This document shows, in pieces, positions 1 through 13,182 of a stretch of 64,000 nt of DNA. Numbering within the stretch: the stretch's first letter is position 1; every line of letters starts with the position of its first letter. Origin of the DNA: Oculina patagonica (Eukaryota). The notes beneath the pieces are model-generated. The model did no database searches and had not been told where the DNA came from. It worked only from the letters and a program-made list of their open reading frames with translations. The position numbers were made by a program, and so were the translations under genes. The stretch covers positions 17,484,001 to 17,548,000 of the forward strand of contig NC_135769.1 in assembly GCF_052425735.1 (NCBI RefSeq). The letters run 5' to 3'.

Positions 1-1259
1 ACTCAGTTCTTCGAGCGATGCTGTAAACTTACGGGTATTCAGACTTAATGATGTCCTTCAACCACCTGGCAGCCGCACTTACGCTAAAACTAACCAAAGG
101 CTTCAAATGATTTTCAGGAACAAACGGCCATTTTTTTTTTTTCTCTCTTTCCTCTCACGTGACACCTATCAGGTGACATCGCGTCACAATGTGTTATCCA
201 GTCCTTTTCGTAAAGCGAATCCTCAAAATGGTGGCTAAGGAACTAAAAAGCATGGCTCTGACACGTTTTTCAACCTCCCCGGACAGTTAAATAACGCTAG
301 AAGGAAAGATTTACACGCGATGTGTCGAAAAACTCATGCTGCTGGCTGACTGTGGAGAACGTAAGCTTTGCAAAACGCCTTTGTTCTTTGCATACGTAAT
401 TTCTAAAAAACGAAGCTAGATTCAGCGAATTTGAATACAGATCAATGTTAAGCACACGTAAACGAACTTGCATGCGAAATTTGGAGTCGTTTGTGACATT
501 TTTTTAATTTGGCCAAAACACAAAGTGCGTTTTTTGCGCTTAGGCCTTCAATTAAAATGTTTCCCTGAATTTGACCAAATTTTCTCATCTAGAGCTGATA
601 GAAAAGTTGATTTTTAACCTCTTCTGGAGAAATAATACCAAAATGATGGGTTATCACTGATGGACGATTAAACTACCCTGGCTGTAATGTGGTTGAGACC
701 AAACTTTGCCTGAAATTCACCCAGTTTAAATTCAATGATGCATTATTTTCTTTGCAGATCAATCAGACTTTTCATCAGGTGATTTAATAGGGTGCAATAA
801 TGCTCCTGGTTAATGAGAAAAAGTTTTCCCTTTTCTTTTGCATTTTAATTTCTTGAGTAGATGTTTCTCTGTGCCTTCTTTTAAATAGTGACTTCCTTGT
901 GTGATAATTTCATAATCCATGTTTACTGGAATAGCTTTCACCTATGAGACAATATTGAAAACGGATTTAAACTAAGCTTACAACTTTACCTAAAAGCAAC
1001 TCTTTGTTATCAATAATCTATTTCTTTTATCAGACTCAAAATAAATACAGAAATAAAAAAAAACCGTAGGCAAAATTGGGAATAATTTCTGAATTGAGAT
1101 ATATATTTAAATGGAGACTTGTCAACAGAAGGGCTTTCCTAGATATAAAATACATGAAATATCAAACAACTTCAGTGATTAAGAGCAAGTAAACAAAAGT
1201 TTTGTAAACATTGCATGTTAAAAACCTTTCTTTCTGATCCCAACGACTTGCTCAGGAGA

Positions 1260-1489
1260 GCTGTGTATATTTCCTTTTTAGTAATGATTAGTACAAAGAA
1301 AAATTGCTTTAAAGACGAAGAAAATTGTCCTCACCATGCTCATGCTGGCGTCTTATCAGATTACACCATGGATGCGATTTCTTCACTGGATCTCCTTGTG
1401 TTTTGTTACGCAGCGAAAACAACTGATAGCCCCTGAGAAGCTTACTCGCCTTTTTTACAGCCAAAAGCGGCCCAATATTTCCCATTCAT
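1260..1489 (-). pseudogene. Degraded THAP zinc-finger remnant, probably transposon-derived
   Basis: Hand translation of the minus strand gives MNGKYWAAFGCKK, then ...PWCNLIRRQHEHGEDNF...*SNFLCTNHY*. This resembles the THAP C2CH pattern (W...R...LCxxHF) but is broken by stops. Confidence 0.4.
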
Positions 1490-3976
1490 CTTAGAAGATG
1501 ACGAAGGAGTATTATTAGAATCAAAACTTTCGCTTATGTTCCGAAAAACGCGAAAAAACACGGGCTAATTGCCGAATCCTCACTGTAATCTCTCTTCACG
1601 CTCAGCCACGGGTCACCGGTAGCCTCGCTATCATGTCTGCGCGGTTACTATTCCAATATGGCGCCGGGAACTGTAAAAAGGGCTATTCGGAAGAACGCAG
1701 AGCGGCTAGCTACGAAGTATCTGTCTCGTGTTTCTATAACAAACATGTTTTTTCGAATAGGCAATATCAGCCCATAAGCTTATATTGTTGTCACGAACGT
1801 GGGCAAGTGGTGTTTATTGCAACTGTGAAGTGATATTTTGCAGATTTTGGAAGGTCTCTGCGATCTTCGGACATGAATACAACGATTTCAGCATATTTCT
1901 TACATTTTACATAATTATTTACTGCATACTCACTCCAAGTATCTTCCTCGTATTCATTCATGACGAAAAGAAGCTCTGATCTTCACAAAACTGCCAAGAA
2001 TAGTTCGTCAAAAGTTATCAGAAATTTCCTCCGTGACCCTCGCCGTGACCGCCATTTTAACATGAGCGGCTAATGAGCAGCCTGGCCTGGCCTGGGCCTG
2101 GGATCTAGTCAACTGTACGCCTGCTCTTCCATGGCCGGCGTTCAAAAGGGGAAGGAGAAGGAAAGTTCGGGCGCGTTGCTCGAGGTGCTCCCCTTCCCCA
2201 CTTCGCCGATCGCGCTTCGCGCTCTCTCCTTGCACCTCGCGCTTCGCGGCTCGAACTCCCCTTTTCCTTCCCCTTTGAACGCCGGCCACGCAGGCTAGCT
2301 CTTCCAATGTCCAAGGCTATATAAAAGTAGCCTGATCCCCGATTATAGCTCCTGGTATCAGGCTTTTCTAAAGGGGAAGGGAGAAAGGATAGAAGCGCAA
2401 AAAGAAAGAAAAGCCTGACACAGACGCTTTAATTCCAGTTTTCCACCCCCTCACGGCGTGATGAGCGTCACTGAACGTATCAACCAATCAAATTTCTTTC
2501 CTGTCGTCTAGGCTAAAGCTGACTTGAAACACTCGCGCGGGTTTGAGTATTAGAAAATTATGTTTTGATACCTCATCCCATCAGCACATATGTATCGCTG
2601 TCTGTCTGTTATTCCTCTCCACTCATTTCTTGAACAGTGAAGTACTAATTTTAGGGGAGTTGGCGGGGGGCTGGGCAATTAGGATAAAAATAATGCAAAA
2701 GAAAAGGAGGAGAAAAAAATCGTGCATAAGTTGGCACGGAAACAAAATTCAAGTTAGTCTCACCTGGTTAACATGGATGTTGGTAAAAAAAAAAACCTAC
2801 CCCTACAAAGTTAAATGGCCCGTCCCTAACGCGCCGTTAGTGGAAGAGGAGCGTGGCGTGACGACCAAGACCAGCGCTCAGGCACGACTGTTGGAATATT
2901 GCCCTCGAAATGCCATTTCTTGTAAGCGGACGGAGAGATGAAAATGATTCCAATTAGCGACTAGAAGTTGCCAGCGCTGTTTGAAAAAAGAAGCCTGTGT
3001 TCCATCCCCGAACAGACTCAGAGAGCGGCGGAAATCGAGCCTAGGGCCCGGGGCTCTTTTTTTTTTTGAGAGCGCAAGAGAGTGCGCTTATTGGAGACAG
3101 AGGGCTTATCTATTTTTTTTTTTTTAATTAACACCCGAATGTGCAAAACGAAAGAGAGATCTTTCGTTTGAAGGCGTTGTGCTCTGTTATGAAAATAACA
3201 CTCGAGGAGCGTAGACCGGTGATTGATGAAAGCAGTTCGGAGGGAAAATGAACTGTGGATGTTCTAGGCTGTTCCAGGCGTTCGGTTACTTGGGGAGCAG
3301 TGCGAAAAACGACAAGGGAAAATTAAGGGAAGGGTGTGACCCACGCCATTTTTTCCACTGGCCGTTCTCCGCACTAACCACATTTTTTCGCGCTGCATTC
3401 CAACTGACCGAACGCCTGGAATAGGGTACGGATGAAAACACGTTTATTATAAGAAGGGGTGCTTAATCGATCCATTACGAAAAGTACCAATGTCTGGGTA
3501 TCAATGAAGTACAAAACAAACAAACTCCAGTCATTTGATTCGTTGCAGTTTATTTTCGACGGGAGATATACACATTCAAAACAGATTTCTTCTGATATTA
3601 TCATGCTGGGAATCAATTCAGTAGTCTGCTGGTCCTCAGAAGGCTCGTACACGGCGCACTTGCTTTCCACACTCCGCTTTAGAAGTTATCGAGCACCATG
3701 GCTGGAAAAACCTTGCCGCCGCCACAAAGAAGACCGTGTATGACACGATACAAAGGTACAAATGCACTGGAAAAAAAGAAAAATAATAGTTTTGTTGAGT
3801 CATCCAATGTACATACAGCATAAGAAAAAACTGTCACGAAAAAAAAGGAAAGCAACTGACATATCGAACTACTCTTATTACTATCTTCTAAACCACTAGC
3901 CTGCGTATACCGGGGGCGCTAAACCACTAGCCTGCGTATACCGGGGTTTTGTTCGTCTGCAACGCAGGCTACTAAA

Positions 3977-4476
3977 CAATAATAATAATACTTTATTTAT
4001 ATAGCGCTATTTCTATTTCTAACCAATAGCGCTTTACAAGTTTTTTACAATTAAAAATTACATATCTATATTAAAAAAGTTACACTTGATTTGTATATAA
4101 TAAAAAAAGATCAATAAAATAATTAAAAAGAATAAAAAGTCTAACTAATTTAACTAAGTTAATTGTAAAAATATCTAACTAAAAGCTTTCTTAAAAAGAT
4201 GTGTCTTAAGTTTGCATTGCACGATCGAATGTCTAAAGGTAAGGCATTCCAGAGTTGTGGCGAGGCTACAGAAAAAGCTCGAAATCCGTAGCTGCGCAAA
4301 TTATAAACGACATCATCCAAGGGATGGCCATTCATGGAACGTAGATTACGTCTCGGGACATATCTCTTGATCATATCAGACAGATAAGTTGGGGCTAAGC
4401 CCATTGAACACTTGAAAGTCATAAGAAGCATCTTAAATATTATGCGCTCTTCTATTGGTAGCCAGTAAACCACCAC
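3977..4476 (-). mobile_element. 3' end of a CR1/L2-clade LINE
   Basis: ORF 4159-4476 contains WLPIEERIIFK..GLAPTYL..RRNLRS..RAFSVASPQLWNALP, a typical L2/CR1 ORF2 C-terminus. It is followed by an AT-rich 3' UTR and an (ATT)n tail near 3978-3990. Confidence 0.8.
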
Positions 4477-7400
4477 ACTCGAGAAATTATTCGTTACCTT
4501 CAGAATAACGTTTGCCAGTGAGATATAAGAACTTCTTATTAGGAGGGCTTAAATAAAAAGAGCTTATTAGAAAGGAGGGGCGGCTTTATTAAAATCATAA
4601 ATCTGGTAACAAACATGATAGAGAACATGAGAAAGATGTAATCCACTGTACCGAAAAAGATGGCGACTGGGGGACCCATAAGAAAGTTGAAATTCAATTG
4701 GAGAAACTGATCGGAGAGGGAAGTTTTCAAAGAGAACGGGACTAAATGGATGTTTTAAGGTATTTCAAAACATGTGGTACGATTTAACGAAGAGTACGAA
4801 GTAGATATAGTTATGGCGGATTGGAAATTAATAACGTGGTACACACAAGCGCATTTGTCCACTAGCAAACATTTCTACACCGGGATGCATATTCGAGCAA
4901 TACCATCTGTGTTTAACTAAATTTGATCACACCCCAAAAGTTCTTGGATTTAATCTTACCTGTCCAATGGGTCCAGCTTCTCTAACAGAGGCAGCAGCTT
5001 ATCGCCGACGAGCTGTTTCATGTGTAACTGAAGACGGAGCAGCTGAACTTCATGGTGGAGCCTAACAAATTCACGAAGCTCCTGTACAAATAAAAGAAAA
5101 AAAAAACATTGAATAAAACAAAGGGGACGAGTTATGGTCTCTGTATCGCTGAAATTAGCCGGCTGAGCAAACAGATGTTTGTTCGTTCTCCGCTTGAGAT
5201 CATGCCCTCCCTCCCTACTTATTACTCCGGAGAAAAAAAAACGCCTGATCGCATGTTACTTGTAAGCTTGGCCTGCGATTTTACTTACCTTGATGAAGTA
5301 ACCACACAGATCCGTTTACTTTCTCTGATAAGCTGTTACTTGCGTGTAAAAATTCAAAGCTGATCACATTATCGGAAGGAATTTTGCGTGTAACATTTAG
5401 TGCTTGTTTTCGACAGGGCTTACTTTCGTGAGTTTTTCAGGGAACCTTATTATCAGAATTTTGCGGGTTCTTCCTTTTTTTCTTCCAAGCTTACTTTGAC
5501 AGAGGAGTAGGTGAAATCCACAGTGCCATATTGCTCGTAGAGTCCCTCGCAAAATTCACCGCTTGATTGGTGTTCAATTTCATCAGGTAACCAACGAGAA
5601 AGCAGTACAAAACCTTTACTCCGCTCTTCCCGAACACTCGAGGTTTCCCGCGGGCGGTCCCGATCAAACGCACTGCAGTTCCCGCAAGGACAGCATGTTG
5701 TCAGTTCCTCTTCCGCTGTGAGAGAAAAAAAGAGAAAACTACTGGCTCAATATTGACTGTAAAAGTGAAATCGTACCCTGAAACAATAACCGTCTAAAAT
5801 TCTCTAGCTTTTGCTTTGAGGGACGAGACTTAATTAAAAAGGTAATCAATCTATCGATCTATCAAAATCTAACTTTTTGAAACTTTCTTAAACCAATTTT
5901 TGTTTCCCCTGCCCTTGGATAGTACTTCTCTGTAAATTTGCCCCCGATTTCTCGAAGCAATTTTCGTTTCCCCTTGACGTCCCAGAAATCGGGATTCTAC
6001 TGTATATCATCAATTCTTCCAACTAGAACTATAGGAGACGTATAAAGATCGGTATGGAGAATTGCATGTTGACATCAAGACTTTACAGCAATGAGCTCAA
6101 AAGTTTGACTACTTGTTATATATTTACATTCTTTCGTACAGATTTAACCCAATCAGAAGACTACTGGAAGCTGTTCCCGGCTTCTGATTGGATAATGACT
6201 GCTGTATGTCATGTCCAAAAACACAGAACATTAGTTTCGTTGTTATTGGCTAGAACACCTTGCACCAGAGGAAAGCAAACGCAAAGCGTAGAGCAAAAAA
6301 GCTCTTCAAGATAATCTCTTTCAGGAAATTAACTGAAAGCATACCCTCCAACGCAGACGTGCTTTTCGATTTCATACCGAGCACCCTAAAAAGTAACTGC
6401 GTAGCTAAGATGATTGCGTGACGTGCAAAATGAGGCTACTAGAGATTTTTTAACACACGCGATTCTTGGCTTTGTTTTTTTTAAATTTTGTTTTAGTTTT
6501 TCTTTTTAAATTGACTTTGCTGTCGTAAAGATTTGGGAAAGGCTTAAGTTAAACAATTTCATTTTCTTTGCCGATACCTCCTCGTGTTCCTAAAAGAGTC
6601 TTTCAATTTCATACCGTACAAGATGCGGTCAAATGCAAACAAATTTCTGAACAATCAGCGTGCGTCAAAAAAACAATAGCTACTAGTCTGTCAACAATTT
6701 ACAACTCACGTTTTTATGCTCATTCATGCAGCGTGCCGCGGCGTGCCGCGAAGCACGCAATGAATGAGGATATTAGAGTGACATAGATGTTGACGGAAGT
6801 TGTGCGTGTACAAAAATTGTGTGGACGTAAGTTGTAGACCGGAAGTAATTTTACATGCTACCCCTCCCCGCTTAGTAACGTCAAAAATAACTTTCATGGA
6901 GTTCAGATACAAAGGTTAAAAGAAATGAAACCCTTGTATGGTGTAATAAACAAATTTACATCAAATCACAATTTTGGAACTTTGCAACATGAATCAAGAA
7001 GTTAAAATGTTGACACCTTGGAGGACCCTAAATGGGTTTATTTAAACATGCGCTGACACACGCAATCAACTCTGTCGTGGCAGACGGAAGTAATTAAAAA
7101 AAAAGCAGCTATTTCAAACAAGGAGTAGGGTTTCGTTTTCAAAAGCATAGTAATTGTTCCTGTTTAGGAACATAAACGTTGCGTGACTCCAGTTACAACT
7201 GTATATGTGTTCGCAAAGCTTCAAAGCGTTACGAGCATATAACTGTACTTAAACCATTATAAACCATAAAGTTTGCTAAAAAAGTTAGGCTCGATTTCCA
7301 ACAAAGACCGGAGTCGAGAAGGCGGCGGAAATTCAGATTACTAAAAAGTTGAGTTCAAGAAAAGCTCACAATAATAGCGAAGCGCGCGAATGACGTCACG

Positions 7401-7727
7401 ACTCAGACAAACAAACCGGACGATTTTCCTAAAACACTTTCATAAAACGAAAACTATCTATTTCTCTCAGAACACGCTGTTGCATGTTGTTTTCTGAGCC
7501 TCGTAGGGGTTATTCATTTGCATTATATTTTTAGACATCGCGCGCTTTGCTGTTTAATAGCGTAGCTGTCATGTTTTGTTCGTCTGCAACGCAGGCTGTC
7601 ATGTTAGCGTGAATGTTTACTTGACATCTATAGCTTAGTGACCTGGCACGTCGGGGTGTCAGTTAATTTCCGTGCGATTTTATAATATCGATCGACGCGA
7701 CGTGAAAAGAATCTTTGCTCAGGCAAG

Positions 7728-9506
7728 ATGGCCGAGAATACATTCTTAGAGCCACTTTATCCAGTTAATAGCCCCTATTGCTGGGATATGATGCAGTTAC
7801 TTGATAAATCCCGCAGAGAAAACGTATTGTCAGACGTTATGCTCCAAGTAGAAGGCCAAACATTCGCCGCTCATCGATGCGTTTTGGCCGCCAGTAGCAA
7901 GTTCTTTTACAGTTTGTTTACCAACGACATGAAAGAGAAATCGGCGACAATCGTAACCCTAGAAGGAATTACACTTTCGGTCATGGATTTGCTTTTATCG
8001 TATCTCTACACAGGCGAGATTCAAGTAAGCGAAGCGAACGCCGAAGATCTTATAGCGGCTGCGAACTACTTGCTGCTACCACGACTCAAAAACATCGCCT
8101 GCAAGTTTATCGAACGACATATGTCTTCGTCAAACTGCATTTTTAACTATTTGTTCGCCGAGAAATACGAATGCAAGGAACTGCAAAAATACGCTGCTGA
8201 ATTAATCAAGCAGAACTTTGCGACAGTGGGCAAGTCGAAGGAATTCGTGCAACTTTCCAGCGATCACATAAAGGATTTAATTTCAGGCGACGACATAATG
8301 ATCCGAGCCGAAGAAGACATCTTTGAGATAATTTTGGAATGGATTGGACACAATCAAGAGGACAGGGAGCGATACTTCGCGGAGTTGTTTTGTCATGTTC
8401 GACTGAGCACGATCTCCCAGCATTATTTATACACAAAGCTGATGTGTCATGAGCTGGTACAAGGAAATGATGAATGTAGACAAATCTTGATGGACGAGAT
8501 GCGATGGAGAGCTTTGTACGCAGGGCAGGAAATCCCTCCACAAAGACCAAGAACCTGTCTACAGACTCATGAGGACGCTATCATGACCTGCGGCGGACTG
8601 TCTCCAGATGGGCTTATCCGCAACCTGACCCTCTGTTATGTTCCAACTGCAAAAACCTGGTACCAGTTAGCACCTATGCTTACCAGACGGTGCCGACATG
8701 GTTTTGCTGCCTGCCAGGGATTTGTTTATGCCATTGGTGGTAAAGGAGAAGACACCTTCCATTCCAGTGTAGAGCGATATGACCCACGTACCAATACATG
8801 GAGCTATGTTGCGCCACTGGCCAAGAAAGTAAAGTTAGTGGGTACAGCCACCTTACAAGGGTTTCTGTACATTGCAGGTGGTATTGAGTTTACCACTGAG
8901 CAAGGTCGAAGACGCTGTGACACTGTGCAGAGGTACAACCCTTTGACTAATTCTTGGAGTTTAGTTGCACCGCTCAGCAGTCGCAGGTCCTCAGTTTGTG
9001 TTGTGGCAGACGCACACTACTTATATTCCATCGGTGGTCTTGGAGACGATGACTTCCTATCTGCTGTCGAGCGCTATGACCCAAAGTTGAACTCTTGGAC
9101 ACAAATGGCTCCAATGAGTGAAAAGCGTGGCTGTGCTTGTGGAGTGTCCCTAGAAAAGAAGATTTTTGTCTTTGGTGGTACTGTTGATGCATTTTCCAGA
9201 CATGCCAGTGTAAGTTGCGAAGTTTATGATACAACTTTGAATGAATGGCATTCTATCGCTTCTATGCATGTTCCAAGATTTCATGCCAGTGCGGTCCTTT
9301 TGCGAGATCAAATTTATGTGTTTGGTGGAATTGGAAGTGAGAGTGTTGACCGCCACAATTCTCGAATGGTAGAGTGTTATGATGTGCAGAAGAATCATTG
9401 GGTTATGGCACATTCCATGCCTTATGAGGAGACATATTTTAGAGGGTGCCCAGTCAGCATGTTTAAAGACTTACTACACTCACTGAACAAAGTTACAATT
9501 CCTTAG
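7728..9506 (+). CDS. Kelch-like protein (BTB-BACK-6xKelch), putative CUL3 substrate adaptor; intronless 592-aa ORF
   Basis: BTB motif SDVMLQVEGQTFAAHRCVLAASSKFF. BACK region NCIFNYLFAEKYEC...EEDIFEIILEWI. Six Kelch repeats with GG/Y/W motifs (e.g. VYAIGG...VERYDPRTNTW). Specific KLHL orthologue not assignable by eye. Confidence 0.95.
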   Translation: MAENTFLEPLYPVNSPYCWDMMQLLDKSRRENVLSDVMLQVEGQTFAAHRCVLAASSKFFYSLFTNDMKEKSATIVTLEGITLSVMDLLLSYLYTGEIQVSEANAEDLIAAANYLLLPRLKNIACKFIERHMSSSNCIFNYLFAEKYECKELQKYAAELIKQNFATVGKSKEFVQLSSDHIKDLISGDDIMIRAEEDIFEIILEWIGHNQEDRERYFAELFCHVRLSTISQHYLYTKLMCHELVQGNDECRQILMDEMRWRALYAGQEIPPQRPRTCLQTHEDAIMTCGGLSPDGLIRNLTLCYVPTAKTWYQLAPMLTRRCRHGFAACQGFVYAIGGKGEDTFHSSVERYDPRTNTWSYVAPLAKKVKLVGTATLQGFLYIAGGIEFTTEQGRRRCDTVQRYNPLTNSWSLVAPLSSRRSSVCVVADAHYLYSIGGLGDDDFLSAVERYDPKLNSWTQMAPMSEKRGCACGVSLEKKIFVFGGTVDAFSRHASVSCEVYDTTLNEWHSIASMHVPRFHASAVLLRDQIYVFGGIGSESVDRHNSRMVECYDVQKNHWVMAHSMPYEETYFRGCPVSMFKDLLHSLNKVTIP

Positions 9507-9724
9507 CCAAGGTACATTTTTTTGCAAAGCTATTATTGTAACATATCAAAGTTATAATGGACACTTGAGAGAGCAGACACTGAAGCTATTATAAACAGTC
9601 AAACCTCCCTTAAGTTAACATGTGATAGAGCCTGTTGTAATTCAGTAGGTGACTTATCTCTATCAAAGATAGAAATTTGAGACACTTCTACAGACATTCC
9701 TATGGGGTGAACACTTTTCTAAAA

Positions 9725-9955
9725 GGCGGCATGGCTGAGTGGTTAGGGCAATGGACTTGAAATCTGGAGGTCCCAGGTTCAAGTCCTGTTCACACCACTG
9801 CCTGGAGTTGTTCATTCTGCCTCGAGCCAACTGTTTCAGCCTCTTTGCCAGTTGGGATTTTTAAACTTGTTATGTAAGATTTGTTTCCAATGTTTGAATG
9901 GTCAGCCCCATTAGCACTTGTGCTAAATCAGTTACCGAGGGTGAACAAATATTAT
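9725..9955 (+). mobile_element. tRNA-derived SINE
   Basis: A box TGGCTGAGTGG and B box GGTTCAAGTCC, followed by a non-tRNA body. Same family as 20757-20962. Confidence 0.7.
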
Positions 9956-10228
9956 TTATGTTATCGTTATTTGGGCAGACAGCTTACTTAGGTGGACAGT
10001 AGGCACTGATTAAAAGCATGTTCACTTTGAAGGGAGTGGACTGTTAACAAGTCATTTTAAAATGGAAGGTAAAACCTCGATATGTGGAAATGCCAATTTA
10101 TATATTTAAAATTAATTTGTGGTTATTATTTAGAATTGCCTTGCCCTGGAATCTAAAAATGTCGTGATCAACAATACTGCTTATTAACAGAATTTTACAC
10201 AACATACTGTCAGTTGATTTCATTCAAA

Positions 10229-10728
10229 NNNNNNNNNNNNNNNNNNNNNNNNNNNNNNNNNNNNNNNNNNNNNNNNNNNNNNNNNNNNNNNNNNNNNNNN
10301 NNNNNNNNNNNNNNNNNNNNNNNNNNNNNNNNNNNNNNNNNNNNNNNNNNNNNNNNNNNNNNNNNNNNNNNNNNNNNNNNNNNNNNNNNNNNNNNNNNNN
10401 NNNNNNNNNNNNNNNNNNNNNNNNNNNNNNNNNNNNNNNNNNNNNNNNNNNNNNNNNNNNNNNNNNNNNNNNNNNNNNNNNNNNNNNNNNNNNNNNNNNN
10501 NNNNNNNNNNNNNNNNNNNNNNNNNNNNNNNNNNNNNNNNNNNNNNNNNNNNNNNNNNNNNNNNNNNNNNNNNNNNNNNNNNNNNNNNNNNNNNNNNNNN
10601 NNNNNNNNNNNNNNNNNNNNNNNNNNNNNNNNNNNNNNNNNNNNNNNNNNNNNNNNNNNNNNNNNNNNNNNNNNNNNNNNNNNNNNNNNNNNNNNNNNNN
10701 NNNNNNNNNNNNNNNNNNNNNNNNNNNN
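10229..10728. other. Assembly gap (500 N)
   Basis: Run of N. Confidence 1.
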
Positions 10729-11981
10729 GGAGGTTTAAGTCTTATTGTTGCTGTAAAGTCCAACATAGTTTCAAAGAAGCAAATCTGAGCGAGAGAGCGA
10801 ACAGACTCCACAGAGAGAGGAAAGCTTTCTTGCTGATTCCCCTTCCCCATCGCCGGGGCTACTCGCTGATTCTCGCAGATTACTTTACTCGACAGTCTAT
10901 GTAGTTCCATTTAGAGAGATGTTCTCTTAAACTGTGTCGAGATGTCCGAGTCCTTTTTGAGGGGGCTTTCTGTTTTAATCCCCGCGCTGAAAAAAGCTGA
11001 TGTTGTCATCTATCACCATTGGACAATATAATTATTTCTTGTAAATTGGCATCCAGACCTTTCGTGCAGTCTGGACTCTAACAGTCTGATATCTCCGTTA
11101 CAAACACTGAACTTCGCGTTACATTGACTCGATCTCTTACACTGTGAAAATGGCTGATTTTGCTGAGAAAAGGTCTGGACGATATGCAGTAAAAAACGAC
11201 CCCCAAACCTGTCGAAAGTACTAACTTTCCTTCCTTTGTCAAAGTAATGTAATCAGGCGAATTAAATCATCGATTTATAGACACGAGTTGAAGTAAAAAA
11301 ACTTTCAAATAGCTGAAACAGACACACTTAGCAGCTAATTCATCCAAATATTTTATAGGGTTACTCAGTCCAACAGAAAAGTGTGTCTACTGTAGCTATG
11401 TGGAAACGTTACCTTTTCTGTCAAAAGTGGTACTTGATATTAAATGAAGTTGGAAACCTACTACTATCTTTTCCTCACACATTTAAACCTGAGCAATCAA
11501 ACTGTTTTTGTAAAAACGAGTAGAGGACAATCTGTAACTGTTATCTTGAGGGCATGACAAGCGAGAAACAAGACGACTCATTGATAGCCTGTACAACAGA
11601 CGGTTTAGTGGTTCAGAGAGTGGAGCGTGATACATGAGCGCGCTGCGCGCATGTGGAGTATTTTTTCGTCTCGCACTCGACTACACGCTCGCTCTCACGC
11701 CGGCTACGCGCTCACGCTACGCCCTCACGCTGCGTGCTCGCGCTCGTGTATCACGCCCCGCACTCCGCCCCCGATATGAAGTTTGATGAATGTGTGTTCT
11801 TTTCACAAACCTTCGATTCATTAAATTGTTCTTTGTACAATATTTCAAAGTCTTGCTTTCTCCTTGAGTATTCTACCGGCGTAGATCGGATCAAATAACG
11901 AGCATGGTGGCCTGTTCTTTTTATTCTACAAAACGTTTTATCACAATGATTAAAGAAGAAAAGTTTTCAAAACCTTTCTAA

Positions 11982-12823
11982 GGGAACGTTCATTTAATAT
12001 AACAAGGTAGGGCGATGAAGATATTGAAACTCGAAGCTTGAAAATTTAGCAGCCCCCCCCCTCGCTAGCGGTTCAATTTTTTAGGAGCCCCCCCTTTGGT
12101 AGTCGAAAAAAATTTCAGAGCCCCCCCCCCCTCCTCCTTCAATTCCTTTGCTCTGCTGACAAAAGATCGCTAGACTGTATCAAATACGTTTACCGTTATT
12201 GTCTTCAATGGTTTATACTATGACGGACTTGAGATTCAGTTGTGATAAGATCCCAGTTGAGTTCTTGAGTATTTATTGATTTATTGTCGCAGAGTGCCTA
12301 GTCTTCCATCAAGGGGTAGATAGATTTATTAAAGCTGCAAAGTAGCAAGTTTGTACAATTGATCTGACATCCAGTGAGAAACAAACAGTAAAATTTCTTG
12401 TTACAGAGTAATCGTTTTTATAGTTCCCGTTAGCAGATATTGAAATCTTGTTGAAACAATGTGGTTTTACTATAAAAAGGTTGGGCATTTCTAATTGTTG
12501 AAATTTTCTAAAGCATTTTTGGGATTTACAAGAGTGTAATAATTACTGAGACTACATTTGTTATATCTGTAAACCATGTGATAAAGCTGGCTTGCACAGT
12601 TGCACAGGTCATTTTACTGTTGAGTTGAAAACCATCCGATCTGTACGTTTGTTGATGTCACGTCATGTGTTGGTTTTGAAGTATACAAATTTTCGGAGCC
12701 CCCCCCCCCTCCAAGCCCAACAATTTTTTCAGAGCCCCCCCTTCGGGTGTCTAAAACTTTTCGGAGCCCCCTCTCAATATCTTCATCCCCCCCCCCCCTT
12801 TGTCATAATAAATAAACTTTCCC
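11982..12823. mobile_element. PIF/Harbinger-type MITE
   Basis: Imperfect TIRs GGGAACGTTCATTTAATATAACAAGG / CCTTTGTCATAATAAATAAACTTTCCC, TAA on both flanks, and repeated GAGCCCCCC subterminal motifs. Confidence 0.65.
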
Positions 12824-12941
12824 TAATTTGAAACTTTTCCAAACCTAGCTAGACGTCAGCTAGACCTGGTCCAGTCCCCGCGCATTCCTTTGGATATTTG
12901 AGCCTGGAATGATGTCAGCGGCATATTCCAAGAAAAACAAA

Positions 12942-13003
12942 ATGGCCGTTAAGGCGGCAAATTCGGAAACAAGGATGGAGGACGTTCGTCAAGTTTTAAA
13001 GAT
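12942..13003 (+). CDS. TEDC2: TEDC2-like (tubulin epsilon and delta complex protein 2), exon 1
   Basis: AAAATGGCC start (an in-frame ATG also lies at 12909). Encodes MAVKAANSETRMEDVRQVLK. GTAAG donor at 13004, phase 2, matches exon 2. Confidence 0.7.
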
Positions 13004-13083
13004 GTAAGATGAATGAATTTGGAATGGATTATAGTTTGTTAAATTAAGTAGACCTTAACTGTAATTCTTTTACTCATGATCAG

Positions 13084-13182
13084 CCTTGAGGAACAAATAA
13101 CGAAGGCTCACAAGCTCTGTTTGCAGAGAAGAAAGGAAACCGAATGCTGTGTTCAGCAATGTCGAAATTTGCTGAAACCATG
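13084..13182 (+). CDS. TEDC2: TEDC2-like, exon 2
   Basis: CAG acceptor and GTAAG donor. LEEQITKAHKLCLQRRKETECCVQQCRNLLKPW resembles the vertebrate TEDC2 N-terminal CRRLLxxW motif (recalled, not aligned). Confidence 0.75.

Noticed and set aside
8206-9413. Antisense ORFs within the Kelch gene
   Set aside because: Shadow ORFs of the coding strand.
10214-10910. ORFs spanning the N gap
   Set aside because: Their length comes from the Ns, and the defined parts contain no recognisable domain.
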